Part shown: one piece after another, positions 36,269 through 49,999 of the stretch | Position numbering within the stretch: the stretch's first letter is position 1 | How the letters are laid out: each line of letters begins with the position of its first letter | Assembly (NCBI GenBank): GCA_965655095.1 | Contig: OZ296656.1 | Location: forward strand, 86,056,001 to 86,120,000 | DNA from: Haplodiscus bocki | Lineage: Eukaryota | Direction of reading: 5' to 3' | DNA: 64,000 bases | Program-made: the position numbers and the translations under genes | Notes under the pieces: generated by a model | Database searches by the model: none | Told to the model about the DNA's origin: nothing | Seen by the model: only the letters and a program-made list of their open reading frames with translations

Positions 36269-39200
36269 GTAAGTAATGTCAACTCGTTTTCCAAAATTCA
36301 TTGGAAACTTGTTTTTCAAACTTTGTCGAAGTACTTGGAAACTTTAAGAATTCATCCTCGGACTCAGGACAAAATACTACTTAGTAACTTTCTATAAATC
36401 TGCAAATTTTAATCAAATCAATAGATGAGAGATTTTCAGAGTAAAAAAAGATATCCTGAGAAAGCTCATTAAAAAGCCTATCAGATGCTAATTTCATTTG
36501 CTGAGAGTTCTAATCGAAGTAATTAGAAAATTCCGTTAGAAATTGTCACATCTCAGCCATGTATGTATTGCCTATAAGCACAAAATTTTTCAGTTTTTCG
36601 CAAATTTTTCAGCAAAAGTACTGAAGAGAAAAATTCATGTAGAAATTTTTGTTTATTTGAATAGTACCTAAAACTATGTGCTTTTACAGTTTTTCGAAAA
36701 ATGAACTCTTGAATATTGTAGGTCGATAAACGAGATCAAAATTTCTATTTCTTATCTTCAAACATGTATTTCCTCATTTCAGTATCAAATACTTGAAAAT
36801 TTCTGTTAGTTTTCGACCAAAATCCTACTACCAAATCAAGTCACCAATCGAAGGATATTCAGGGGTTTTTTGCACACTATTTACCGGAAAATACTATTTT
36901 CAGTTTGCGAAAATATCAAAAATCTGTCAGTTAATTTAGTTTTCCTCGAAAATATTATCTGTAGAACTTCCCTAACTAATATTGGTCCTAGGATTAATTT
37001 TCAAACGAAGACCGTTGTATTGTACGTCACTTTTGTTCCGAAAGATCGTTCTGAATTGATTAGTGTGCAATTTCTGAGAGCTCAAATTTGACGCAAAATG
37101 AACGCTTAATCGCATTTTTTTATGACACCACTACTGAAACCCGTGCTGAACGAATCAGATTTTCGTAAACCATCAGTTTGAACTCAGGCGTTTCAGTTGT
37201 TGTAATGCTTCTATGAGTGTCAAAATGTGGTCGGAAAAGGGCTTCATTTTGCAGAATTACACTGAAACGGAAATGCAATTTGCCGTATTATGCTGGTGAA
37301 GTTGCGATTTTTTTCTAATGAACCGGTACCTTAGAAAATTGGCCTTGAATACAATAGCGTTGGAAACAGTCATTCAAAATGGCAGGTATCAATGAAAAGG
37401 AGGTTCGATTTTAACATTTTTGGGCATTAAGCTTGGCATAATGCCTATAGAATTTACTTTTTTCGCAAACGCTGGCCGACTGAGCGAGCGATAGAGTGAA
37501 ACCTAAATCTTATTAACTTTTATTCGTTTTTATTTACTCTTTTGCTTTCGCAAGCTAGAGCGGATGCCACTCTTCGCTATTGACTCTACGGCTTCAAGTT
37601 CATGTGCTAATTCATATTCTTGAATATCAATTTTTTCTCATTTTTAAATTGAATTCGCATCTTATTTTCGGCTTTTTCAAAATAACACCCAATTATCGCC
37701 TCAAAAAAATGCACACTATTGAAAGCGTCGAAAGTTTTCAAATTTCAAAACGCTCCGAAATTTTCGAGGATATTATGAATGTACGAAGCAATGGGAGTTT
37801 TTGCTGACTTGTCGGCCCAATTCATATTTTTTCTTGGCAAATCGGTGTGATAAATTTGCTAATTCCCTTTTCACTATTCTAAATTCTTACCTCTTAATGC
37901 ATCCTTGATGTTTATTGGGACAACAAAATATTCTAATATTGCCATGAGCTAGCTCATGTAAAACATGCAATTGACGTAAAGCCCAATTTAAATGGTGGTT
38001 CGATAAATTGACAAACATATTGTTTCTACAGTTTTCATCGACTGTTGCACTTCAGTCTTAGATTGGGGGCGGGATCTATTAGAACTCGAATAAAAATTAA
38101 AAATTTGTTCTCATTTCTTCATCAACATGTGTCTATTCTGCTCACACTTCGGAACCGTTTTTAGCTGCTGTTTTTGTTCAAGTGAACGTCTGTTCTAATG
38201 AAAAACATTCCAAACCATAACAAGATAGATGTATTATAAAAACGACCGATACATTTACAGCTCCGTTATTTTCTTGTCACTCCTTTGCTTTACGTTTTAT
38301 ATAAGTCTTGAGATTAATTTGGAATTACGAGTTTATATTTTCTACATGACCGTAAGGCGATTATGGAGAACGCGCTTTAAAGACAGTTGAGAGGCCGTGA
38401 AAAAAGTGACGGACTGACGGATTTTGGGCGGAGCGTAGAGTGTCAAAAAGTGGAAGTGGCATTAAAAACCGAGTTATTATTTATCAATAAGCTTCTCGGT
38501 TTAAAATTGTTCACATTGCATTGGGAAGATCACCGCAATTGTTTTGATATTAATGGAATTAGTTAATACAAACATAGGAAGTTTTGTGCCATAGAGGCAT
38601 TTAGGTTTTCACCGTTTCAAAAAGACGGCAAGAGTGTGAGTAGTGAGTCGTGAATTTTCGGGAACAATTGGTGGCGGTAGAAAGTGAACGTGCAATGTGG
38701 TTGTAGTGTTGCTATACATTGTTGAGAAATGTCCGCAATCACTGTCGCGCTTTGCAGTTATCTGTTTAATCTTTTTTGAAACAAACATATCCCCCTATAG
38801 AACGTTTGAAATTAGTTGGTCATTTGAAATGTAAACGGGATAACACTGATTATTTTGGACTCGAATCTGGCCAAAACGACAAAAATTGCACAAGTGTATT
38901 TTTCGAATTTTCAAATAGTAACTGTCCAAAAAATGATGAAAATTCAAGAAGTTATATGCTATCCCTCAACCCATTCATCATTCCATATGTATTAAAATTG
39001 AGTGTAGAATAGTTCCGCTATATTTTGGTCAAAATTCTGCAATTTCATTTCTCGCAAAATTGTAAAATATGAATCTGTAGATTTGAATATGTCTTTTAAA
39101 AAAATAAGAACTTATTTGTCCATATTCAAAGTTATACTTATTTGAAGTTTAATGGAAACTCAATCAACGTATATTAAAGATTTTTTTGCACGCGTTCTGA

Positions 39201-39733
39201 AGATTTGTAATTTGGTCATGAAAAGGAACAATGGCATTTTTTATAAAAATGCAATCAGCATTATCAACAATGATTTACACAAATTTCAATCTCACATGGA
39301 ATTTTCTATAGTTTCAACAGCCATAGGGGGCATTTCAATGTCAATTTAAGGATTTTTTGTCCATTAAAATTATCAACAGGTTCATAATTATTTTGAGCAA
39401 CAACCAACCAACTTGAAATGTACTATTCAAGGGCAACGGTTACAGCCGTTGCCTTACAACCTCTACAACAAAAATGCAACTCATAACTAAATACCTTAAA
39501 TTAGAAAGAGGCTTACAGGCCACGCGAACTGATTTTGAGATTGTGATATCTTGTTTGCAAATATGTCTATTGCTCAAAGAGTATTGCATCTTTAGCTCTT
39601 TTACTTTTACACTTTCTGAATCTTAATATTCTTCGGATGATTGTTGACATCTCAGATAACTCATGAAATTGAAAACATTTGCTTAAGTTCGATTTACAAA
39701 ACTTATTTTGGACATGTAAAAATTTCGTTTCAG

Positions 39734-40083
39734 CTGACAATGACAACGCCCTCTGGCAAGACAGAAAGTATCATGAGACGTACAATCGTGGTAGCCAATA
39801 CTTCCAACATGCCTGTAGCGGCACGAGAGGCCTCTATCTACGCGGGTATCACCATCGCGGAGTACTTCAGGGACATGGGTCTGAACGTGAGTATGATGGC
39901 CGACTCCACTTCTCGATGGGCCGAGGCTTTGAGAGAGATCTCGGGGCGGTTGGCCGAAATGCCCGCCGACAGCGGCTACCCTGCTTACTTGGGAGCCAGG
40001 TTGGCATCCTTCTACGAGAGGGCAGGAAAGGTCAACTGTATCGGGTCGCCCAGCAGAAAAGGAAGTGTCACCATTGTAGGAGC
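39734..40083 (+). CDS. ATP6V1A: V-ATPase A exon 5
   Basis: [17 protein letters not shown]...[33 protein letters not shown]; 350 nt, phase 2. Confidence 0.97.
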
Positions 40084-42049
40084 GTAAGTATCTTTTCACC
40101 AATATCATTGAAGCATTTGGCAAGACGGGACCGGCCAAAATCGGCACCGCCCTGAGACTCAGTATGCTTCAAGGGAGGAGCCTTTGATGGCTTGAGACTT
40201 TAGGGTTTTGAAAAACTTTCATTTCGCCAAAAGGGCTGTCACAATTTTGGTCAAAATGTTTTTACGTTGCAGAGCCGAAAAAACACCATAGGAGGAGACC
40301 GTTTGGTCGTTTAGAATTGTGTGTTTTTCAGTACTGCTTGGTAGTGAGATATTGTATTTTGCTAACACCACTCTTTTTTTGAGTGTCAGCAAAATTTCGA
40401 CATTGGAATGGTTACATGTCAACATCTTCTAAGTCAAGATCTACGCCATAATCTATGTCAAACTCTCTTACATTAAAGTCAAAAATCTCCTGAATCAAAA
40501 TTACGCCAAAATCTCCTGAATCAAAATTACACCAAAATCTCCCAAGTCAGAATCTTCTAAATTAATGAACAAAAGAAAATTCATCGGAAGACAACTTTCC
40601 TTATCTATTAGTGGAAATTTGTTCGTAATTCGAAAACAGCGAACCTCATAGTTGATGCATAACGGTAAACAAAGCGAAATGAATCAAGTCAACGCTGTGC
40701 GCTTATAAATTACGTAATATGTGACTTCTGCTCTGGGAACACAATAATTGACGCTCATTTTTTTGGAAAATCTTGTTAAAATTCACGCCCATTTTCCCCA
40801 AAAAAATCACTCTAAAAATATACAGAGAAATCGTGAGTTCAGTCTTTTTACAGCTGTATTTTCACCGTTTTCGGAATTGTTATTCTCCATTTTGATCTGA
40901 AAAAAGAGTTTATCATAAGTTATCAGACAAGAGAAATGATGGCAAATATTGAGACCATGTTGCTTATATCCCCCACTGGGGGATATGAGCTGCATGGTCT
41001 TATTTGTTTTCTCAAGTAATTTCTTTGAAAAATCACGCTAATTTACTAATTACAGCTTAAAATCACAGCGCGAGTCACGGTTTCTGATCGGTCCAAAATT
41101 CACGCGAGATCACGACGTGAATTAATGCAGTCCGTACTGCTTTTCTTTCATTGCTGTGTTAGCGGTCAATCAACGTATCTATAGTCCATTTTGTCACCTT
41201 TTTAGCATATGATTAGGTGTTGAGTTTTTCATAGTACTCTTTTGGTTACTTACTTTAATTGTCGTGTGCGAATTTACATTAGGCTTAGTTGTTGATTAAC
41301 ATGAAGCCAGACTTAGCTATTAATTAAACTACTCGGTAATTAATTCAGCGTAGGGATTTTGACTGTCACCATTGGAATAGTTGGGCACTTTTCCCTTAAT
41401 GTGAAGGTGTCGAATAAAAACAGAAGAGTGTTTAATTATAACAAAACTTATTGAGTTCATATTAAGCTAAATGCCACCTCTTCGACAATTGACGTGAGAT
41501 TAATTGTTTCTCTTGAATATCGTCGTTATTTGCCATTAATTCATTGATTAGTTATCCTTGAAAAAATCGCAGCTGACAACTTGTAGAACTAACGCGCCTC
41601 GCATCATAAATGGCGCATGAAAACATGAAATGACTTTTTGCCATTTTGTGGCTTGTTTGTCCTGCTGAATTCAATTCAATTAAAAAGAGTCCCAAGTGAC
41701 CTACCTACCGCCCGCGCGTTTACCTTCTATCCCATCCGATACAGCGGTGTGGTGCAGTGCAGTGTATCCCCCCCCATGTGCTATTATGTTACTTTGTATT
41801 ACCGTCGCTTGAATTGCGGCGATAGTTGCTGTTTTTGTGAGTAATTAAATGTGACAAACACTCTTGTTTACTTGGGTGTTTTCCTGTCATTTTTGATCAC
41901 TTCAATCTCCGTCTCATGTGAGATCTAATCCGAAAAAAAAAACAAAAAATTTCGAAAATTATTTCATTCAGTGCTTATTTTACTATCTGAGTTGCTTTAC
42001 GTCTTTTTTGGAGTTGCTTGACGTCTTTTTTGGGGAAGGGGGAGTGTGA

Positions 42050-42118
42050 GTGTGGGATTCTGTCGTGTAGCCAAAAATGACTACGTGTGGGATTCTGTCG
42101 TGTAGCCAAAAATGACTA
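42050..42118. repeat. Exact 34-bp tandem duplication, next to a 22-bp duplication at ~41988-42033
   Basis: GTGTGGGATTCTGTCGTGTAGCCAAAAATGACTA x2; GAGTTGCTT.ACGTCTTTTTTG x2. Confidence 0.9.
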
Positions 42119-45100
42119 CTTAGGGACTACTAATATGGTGCATGGTGATTATTCACGTTTTTTACACTGCAATTCTATTTGATTCGTCAAATATCCCACA
42201 CATTTTGTACTGTAGCCGCTAGTCACGACACGACGTCTATTCAATTATAATCAGTTTAGAAAAAATATAAAGGTCCGCCTTTATTGTCGGTTTAGTTGTT
42301 TCGAGTGGGAAGAAGTCCGTCATCTATCATGGCGTAGGCTGAGCTCACCTAACTTAATTCGACAGTCAACCAATGGCATTATAAATTATACAACCAGTAT
42401 TGGTAGTAGACTAGGCTAGACTGCTTACTACCAGCCGAATACATGTACCACGTTCTATAGATAAGATAATACTATTTTTGTAACCACAGGCGGCCCCCCC
42501 ATTTTGTGAAAAAAACGAAGCAGAACCTGGGAGAGAATTCAGTGTACGTGGGAGTGCTACACAAGACGACAGTTACCAAGTCTTTCCCAATTCCAGTCTA
42601 GACGCTACTATCAAATTTAATCATCGCTGTCTCATTGATACTTACGAAGTAAAAAAAAAGCCTAGCCGCAGATTCCTCTCTTGGGGTGTAAAATAAAGTG
42701 AAGGTAGCAAGTCGCGCATCACCAAGATTTGTCTTCATTACAACTGCTACTGACGATGACACTTCTAACTTTTTTGGCGTAGGTAGTACGAACAAGAATT
42801 TTGGAGCATGCAAATAAATGTGCGAGTGTGATAGTAATAGAATTATTCTTGTTTGCCAAGGAAAGAGATTTTCACGATTTACATACAATTCTCTTCCTGC
42901 ACGACTTATACCTGTTTTACACACTACACAGCTTACTAGAATAGACATGATGACAGAACGTACCAAAAAATGGGAGAAAAACGCTTATAGTCTAACTCTC
43001 ACTAAAACGGGAGACTAATTCTCACCGTGGACCACTTCTATTGCTACTTAATGATACCCCCCCCCCCAGAAGTCACGTAACAATAAGATAAAGTGCCTAA
43101 AATTTCGCTCAGACTGAGGTTGTATCTATCTATTCAGTCATTAATCTCTAGGGCCTTAGGTATTAGTCATCTTTTACCTTTTTTTCCAGTAATTTGTCTG
43201 GAAAGAATGGAAGGCCTTGTATATCTGGAAAGGCCATTGTTATCTGATTACGCCGGTCAGCCATTGCTCTGGTTATGCATTTTTAATCTTCGTTTTTTGC
43301 TCCTATTTGTCTATTCTGCTGACAGTTGACTTGATTGATATCTGGATAGAAAAGTTATTAATTATCCCACCATTGCGCATCTACCATTTTTGTCATTTTG
43401 AACATTTTTTGTCTCTGAATGTGTCAAAGTAAGCCCTCCTTCAAGCTTGTAAGCTACTGGTATCCCAGTAGGGTTCGTTTGAGGTGTCTTGTTTGTCGGG
43501 GCGGGGGAGTTACGTAGATAGGTGCAACTAGGTCTTTTATACAATTCCCATTTAATTGCACTCCATTTCCTGGGGCATCGCATGTGTTGAAATGAGACCT
43601 CCCTCGTGTCAAGACAATACTTCGTGTTCGATTAAATTAATCTATTTCTGTCTTGGGCTGCTGCTAGAGCCACTAATCAATAGAAGAGGTACAGTTTGAA
43701 AAACTCGCTACCCAATTAGAGAACAAAAAGGCTAATTTGTTACGGATTGAGTGTGCTGTTATGTAACTTTTAGTCACCGAATGAAAGGTTACATGAATCA
43801 TAATCGTAAGTCAGTGCTTCTGGGAAAAAAGACAATAAAGCACTTGTAAAAAAGCATTAAGGTATCTATCTAGATTGTCTGGATTACGTACCAAATGACA
43901 TAACACCACTAAAGATAAATTTCAATTCACTATTTTCAACAAGTGCAGCAAAAGAGGTAACGGTTCACCAATATTCAACTGGCAGCATTAGTAAATTTTT
44001 GTGGCTGGTAACACCTACGCTGACTCAGTCAAGTATGACAAATTCGCTATACGATATCCAATTTTATGTTCAGTGAGACTCCTCCATTTTGTTTTTTGGT
44101 CTCATGTCATTAGGGAATCCACCAATTGTCTATTAAGGGATTGCGAACACTGACGATTCTATGCATACTCTAGGTTTTATCAATTGAACGCGTCACTGAA
44201 ACGACCAGTTTTTTTTTTTTTTGGGGGGGGGGGGGCAATTTATCAGCTGATCAAGCAAAGTTGCATGCATTATTATAAGCGAAAAAAAGCAGCATCCATG
44301 AGCATGAAAAAATGCGAATAAAATTTAGAGAAAGAATATCCATTGTCACTGATTTCAAGTGACGCAAATTTTAATTGGCGGAGAATTAGCATTCATTGGT
44401 TTTGAACCAAATTCAAAATAGTCGTCGATAGAAAATGCAAATGGAAAAAAAATGATTTTTTTGCTAAGTCGTCTTTCAGTTGTATGCAAATGAAGAAGTG
44501 GAAATTTTTGCGGAGGCGGAAACGTTAAAATACAAAAGCTGGCTGCAACGTGATTAAAGCAACCCGAAATGTTCAATGAAAGATAAATTTTCCATCTTTC
44601 TGCTTCATTAAAAAAAATCCGATTTCAGACAAGAAGTCGTTAAGCATTGATTTCAGTGGACAAGAAAACGTAACTCTCTTATACCGTCTTTATATAAGGT
44701 ATACAAGGAATGTAATGCGATATCAAAAATTGGAATTTGAATCAACGCTTTGCTTATATTGAAGTAAATTTTCAATTTTAACCAAAAAATCTGTTCTAGT
44801 GTTAATTTTATAAGTTTTTGAGTATTCAACGAAAAATGGTTCAGTGTTTCAGTATACGATCATTCAAATAAATTTAAATGATTCTTCTAAATTAAATCAA
44901 GTTTTTGTTCATTTAAATAGAGAAATTATTTTCCGCCCATATTTATAATGTGGAAGGAAAATCATCCACTCAAGGCGGTGCGTTTTTTACATTTACTGGC
45001 CAATTGTCAGGGCAGAATGACCCGAGGACGACTCTGAATTGGAAAGTTTTTTATAACCAAATTATTACACATTTGCCATGGAATGCGACTGAAAATATAA

Positions 45101-45952
45101 GGTTTTCCGTATACGTACGAGACATCGTTTTTTTTAGAAAAAGTTGGGTTAATCGTGCAAAAAACATTTTTTTCTTCCAAATCAGTAAAGAAGGGAAATT
45201 TGCTGTAGAATGTGTACCAAATGATATAATTTCTTGGAAATGTCTTTTCCGCCTTAATTGTGAGGTTTTCTTGCAAAAAAAATGAAAATCTGTTAAACTT
45301 GGAAAAATAAAATTTAATGAAGAAAGAGTATTTTCAATTTAAAAAACGCTTTCATCCCTTCAAAAGGTGTGTTTAACAAAATTGTATGACGGTGGTAGCC
45401 GGCCGTCTTGTTTTAAAATCATTTAAACGCCAGAAAAAGTTTCCAATTTTCCTATCAAAAAAGTTAGCTAACTTTCGGGTATACAGAATTTTCTTTTCCG
45501 AGACCGAAACTTTTCAAAACAGCATAGGGCCCAGTATTTCCCGCACGAACACTCAGCATTACAGACGGCTCTGAAGTAACTCATTCCATTCGTTCAATCG
45601 GCGCTTTACTAAGAAACGACCACTATTACATTAGCTCATTTTTTTTGGAAGACAACAGGCTCAGACAGATAAGCAATATCTCTCCGTTGGCTGAAGCTTT
45701 GTGATATCCCTTCAAGTATACAAGGCAAATGCCCAAAAAATGAACTTCTGAGTTTCCCAGGCTTTGTGTGACGTACCAAGTATTTTTTGACTCTTGGGAC
45801 AAAAGATTTTTGACGAAAAAATCGGTACGGTTTTAAAACACTATGATTTCCCTCCTGCGGTTATTCTGGCCGTTCTTTGGCTTGTTCACTTTTGCATTGA
45901 GTCAGATTTTCTTCCTAAAATTAGAATGACGTCATCAGTTTGGTTGTTTCAG

Positions 45953-46146
45953 AGTGTCGCCTCCTGGTGGTGATTTTTCAGATCCAGTGACCACAGCCAC
46001 TCTGGGTATTGTACAGGTGTTCTGGGGTCTGGACAAGCGACTGGCCCAGAGAAAACACTTTCCTTCTGTCAACTGGAACATCTCCTACTCCAAATACACC
46101 AAAGCTCTGGACGAGTATTTCGACAGAAACTACCCTGAGTTCCCAG
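45953..46146 (+). CDS. ATP6V1A: V-ATPase A exon 6
   Basis: [13 protein letters not shown]...[18 protein letters not shown]; 194 nt. Confidence 0.96.
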
Positions 46147-46822
46147 GTAATCTAGCGCCATTTTGAAATAACTCAAAACTAGATTTGAAGGTTCTTCCAT
46201 ATGCATGAGAAAATTTGTCGACAGACTTGATATGTTAGATATGTAAGAATTTGCTTGTATTAAGTATTTTTGTACGAATTCTGATTCTCTAGGCTTTGAT
46301 GTCGACTGGTGTATCTTGTAACATGACTAAGTGGAAGATCAAAATTTAATGATGATAAAAATAGGAAATTCTTAAGCTCAGTTGGCTAAAAAAAAAGTAG
46401 GTCTTTTATTAGTCCAAAAGTTGCTTTTCAACCTAGAAATTTCGGAACAAACTTTCAAGATTTTGCGCAAAGTCAACTTATCCTTTATGAAACGCTTTTG
46501 TAAAGTGCCACCCTTCTAGGCACCTACGGCCGCAAATTGTCTACCGTTTCCCGAACTAAAAGCAAAGTCCTTCGAAAATTTTGATTCAAGACGTTTTTAT
46601 CGTGCGCATGTTCTGAAAATTGGGCATAGTGGTATAAAATTAAAGAAAATAACGGAGATTATCCATTGCTTTTTGCTCCGAGAAATGGGCTTTTGTGTGT
46701 GATTATTCACAGCTTTGAAACAATGGGAAGCTGCGGAACTTTGGAAACTTATGAAAATAAGCGACGAGACGAGAATGGCAGTTGAGCTGCCGTGAAAGTA
46801 AATAGTTTTGTTGCGTTTGCAG

Positions 46823-46991
46823 GCCTGAGGTCGAGAGCGAGAGAGATTTTGCAGGAAGAGCAGGAGTTGAGTGAGATTGTGCAATTAGTAGGAAAGAATA
46901 CTCTGGCTGAGAAAGACAAGGTCGTCCTGGAAACTGCCAAAGTGCTCAAGGATGATTTCTTGCAGCAGAACGGATTCAGCACCTACGACAG
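46823..46991 (+). CDS. ATP6V1A: V-ATPase A exon 7
   Basis: [24 protein letters not shown]...[14 protein letters not shown]; 169 nt. Confidence 0.96.
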
Positions 46992-47329
46992 GTAACACAT
47001 TCACTAAGTGCATTTTAACAGTTTGCTTTGTGTCTGTTACAGCATTCTCTACTCTCTGGATAATGTTTTCATCTTCCTCTGAAAAGAAGTTTTTTGGGAA
47101 GAACAGAGCCCAACTTTCAATTTGCGAATAAAAACTCGATCAGGTAAATGCGTTAAATGTGGCCTAGATAACAAATAGTTCTTTACATGGAACCAATCAA
47201 AATTCGGAAAAGCACAGATTCGGAAATACTAATCAATTCACATGTATTAGATTGCATTTATTATTTTCCGCCCATATTTCCTTATTCATTCAACATCCTG
47301 ATTGTTTTGCGTTGCTTTTCAACTTTTAT

Positions 47330-48300
47330 CAAATTATAGTCCTTTAGACCGGACTCCAAGTGTGAAAAGAACCCGACTAGTTTGCACAGGCTCAACAACG
47401 AAACAATATTTGAATATGTGTAATATTTTGGTTGCCGTCAAAGTTTTCCGATTGGCGAAAGAACTGGAAGCTTGAGCTTTTTTTGGCTACATGGACAATT
47501 ATTGTCATATAAGAAGTCTTTTATTTCGCATATAAAGATCCAAAGTGGCAAAGTTTTGCACGGGTTTAAGGAAAAAATTCTGTTCTGTCACATACTGGAA
47601 CCTAGTGCGGTCCAACAATTTTTCGATTGTTTTCTCTCCAAAAAACACGTGAGAATCGAATTATTTTTATTGTTTCTGTGGGTATGAAACTTTTTAGTCT
47701 GACACTTAGATCGTCAAATTACTTTAATTTTGTTTAACCACGATGAAGAAACTCAAATCTATCAGATAGTAAATTTTGGTTGTGGCGTCAAAGTTTCTCT
47801 ACAGGTTTTTTGCGAAAACATTTTGAAATTTGAGCTTTTTCCAACTTTCTTTTCGAAAAATTTTAGTCCTTTGTGCTGGACTACGCGTGTGAAAACAACC
47901 CAAATAGTTCAAACCGAAATGCACAGTCATGCTGAAGAAACAATTATTGATAATTTATTAAGTTTTGTTTACTACGGCCAGGTATTTTTCGATTGTCTTT
48001 TCTGCGAAAGGGACTTGAAACTCGAGCTCCGTTTGGGTACTTTGAAGATGATTATCATCTGGAAAGTCGTTTTTTTCTCGCAATAGGGATTTAAAGTGGC
48101 GGAATTTTGCAAAGTTTTAACGAAAAGAGACCAGTCTATCACATACTATATTTTGGTCGCGGTGTCAAAGTTTTTCTGAAGATTTTTCGCGGAAACATCT
48201 TAAACAATGAGTTTTTCAACTTTTTCCCAAATTATAGTCTTTTCTATTGGAATCTAAGTTTAAAAAGAAACCAAATAGGTTACACAGTCATACCAATGAG
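47330..48300 (+). repeat. Degenerate tandem repeat in ATP6V1A intron 7
   Basis: ATTTTGGT.G.(G)G.GTCAAAGTTT at ~47425, 47773, 48150; TAGTC.TT...AA.CC..(A)TAG at ~47335, 47864, 48235. Confidence 0.55.
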
Positions 48301-48536
48301 AAATTAATTTATTATGTTTCGCCACCTATTTTTAAATATGTAAGAAGTAAGAAAAATTAATTCAGTATGGTCGTTTTTTTAATCAGTTTATTTTTGCCAA
48401 CTTTTTTTCTTTTTAAATAAATGGTCTTGGCAGTGCGGTTGAGACAAAAACTCTCCTCAAGCAGTAAATGTGGGTCCGACTATCTCTCGGGCGATAAATT
48501 TTCATGATTTCACTGACGTTTGTCAGAATTTTCAAT

Positions 48537-48610
48537 GGTTCCTCTGGCACAGTGGTTAGGACAACAGGGCTTTGAAGCACTAGGTAGGGGTTTGAATCCC
48601 AGCATTAACC
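48537..48610 (+). pseudogene. tRNA-derived (SINE-like) fragment
   Basis: A box TGGCACAGTGG, B-box-like GGTTTGAATCCC; related copies at 96-154, ~48423-48492 and ~54258-54320 (-). Confidence 0.5.
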
Positions 48611-48879
48611 TATATATTTTTTCAAATTTGTTAAAACGATTTTGAATTCTGTTGGATTGTTTCTTGTCTACTATCAAAATTAATCTATGCCGCCGATTTT
48701 TAGCCCGTGTTTCATGAATTAAAAAGCTGACTTTCGAAGGTACTTTGTAATTTTTCTAATATTTTTATTCTTTTCAACATCACAACGGAATGTTTACTTT
48801 TTCCCTAGTTCTTTTCCCGGATTATTTTTGAAGCATGCAAGTGCAGTTTACGCCAACCACAGGCAAGTATTCGCAAACA

Positions 48880-49340
48880 CCGAAAAGTTCCTACGAAAAA
48901 TTTCGGTACTGTCAGCCAAAAATATCCGACGGAAAGTGATACCGCCTCTTATGGATAAAAGTTTTCGTTATCAGCAATTTTCAGAAACACAGAAGAGTTC
49001 CCGTACAAACTTTTTTGGTACTGTGAGACAAAAAAAGCCTTGACTTAAAATTGTGATACGGGAGTTATGCATAGTTTTTATACCAGAAACTTTTACAAAC
49101 ACCGAAAGGGCGCGCTCACGAAATTTCTCTTTAAGCTTTGTCACATTTTTTTTGTGTTAACCCCCTCTATGGTTCATCAATACTTTTGCAACCGACAAAT
49201 GGGCAGCGCCAGAAATTGTCATGAACACTAGAGACTTCCAGAAATACAAGAAGGGAGCCCTTACTATTTTTTCGGTACTGTGATACCGTGAGACAAAAAG
49301 TTTCCGACACTTTTTGGTGAAACCCTCTTATGCTTTACTA
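48880..49340 (+). repeat. Repeat block with recurrent TTTCGGTACTGTGAGACAAAA units
   Basis: Copies at ~48901, 49013 and 49270; related fragment at ~45795. Confidence 0.55.
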
Positions 49341-49999
49341 AATTTCTCGCGGCGGACAGACGACCGGCGTCGTATTTGACCTGTTTTTAGCTTGTTTCAG
49401 TTTCCTTCCTCATTTTCTGAGAGGTAAATAGTCAATTCATGAGGTGCAGTTTTTATTCAGCATTTGTAAAAATGGGGTAAATTTCGTGATGCAGATATAT
49501 GTATAATACATATATACGGTGTCACTGCCGATAGGTAGCCCGAACTTGAAACGCACCTAATCTTTTTCAAGCTGGTTTTTTGTTTCCTGAAACTTTCACA
49601 TTTTTTTTATTCCTTTTGTCCCACAATTGTTTTTTCGACATACTTCAATTGTTTTTCTGTTTCCCGAAAAAAACTACTTTTTTCTACATGAATAACTCCA
49701 GTCAAATTCTTCCGTTCTTTTAGGAAATCGGGAAAATGGATCTTTTGATAATTTGCAACTTTTCGAAAATTATATTTTAATTTGTAAAAGAAATTCCGTT
49801 GTAAAAATTCGAATTGTTTCTCCTGGAAAGATTCCTCGAGTACCTGTATATTGTTTCTTTGTGTGGGTCTCAAACACCAAAAAAGAATTCTCGGACGTTT
49901 TTTCTGCAATACGACGTTGTGTACGTTGTGTAGCACTCAGAGTCAGACTAAGATCAAAAAACATTAATTCTGTCGATTTTGAAAGTCAATTTCCTCCGA

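Noticed and set aside
39679-40155. Long alternative-frame and antisense ORFs over ATP6V1A and KPNB1 exons
   Set aside because: Shadow ORFs caused by GC-richer codon usage of the real exons.
44208-44235. Abutting poly-T/poly-G run
   Set aside because: Simple low-complexity tract with no associated structure.
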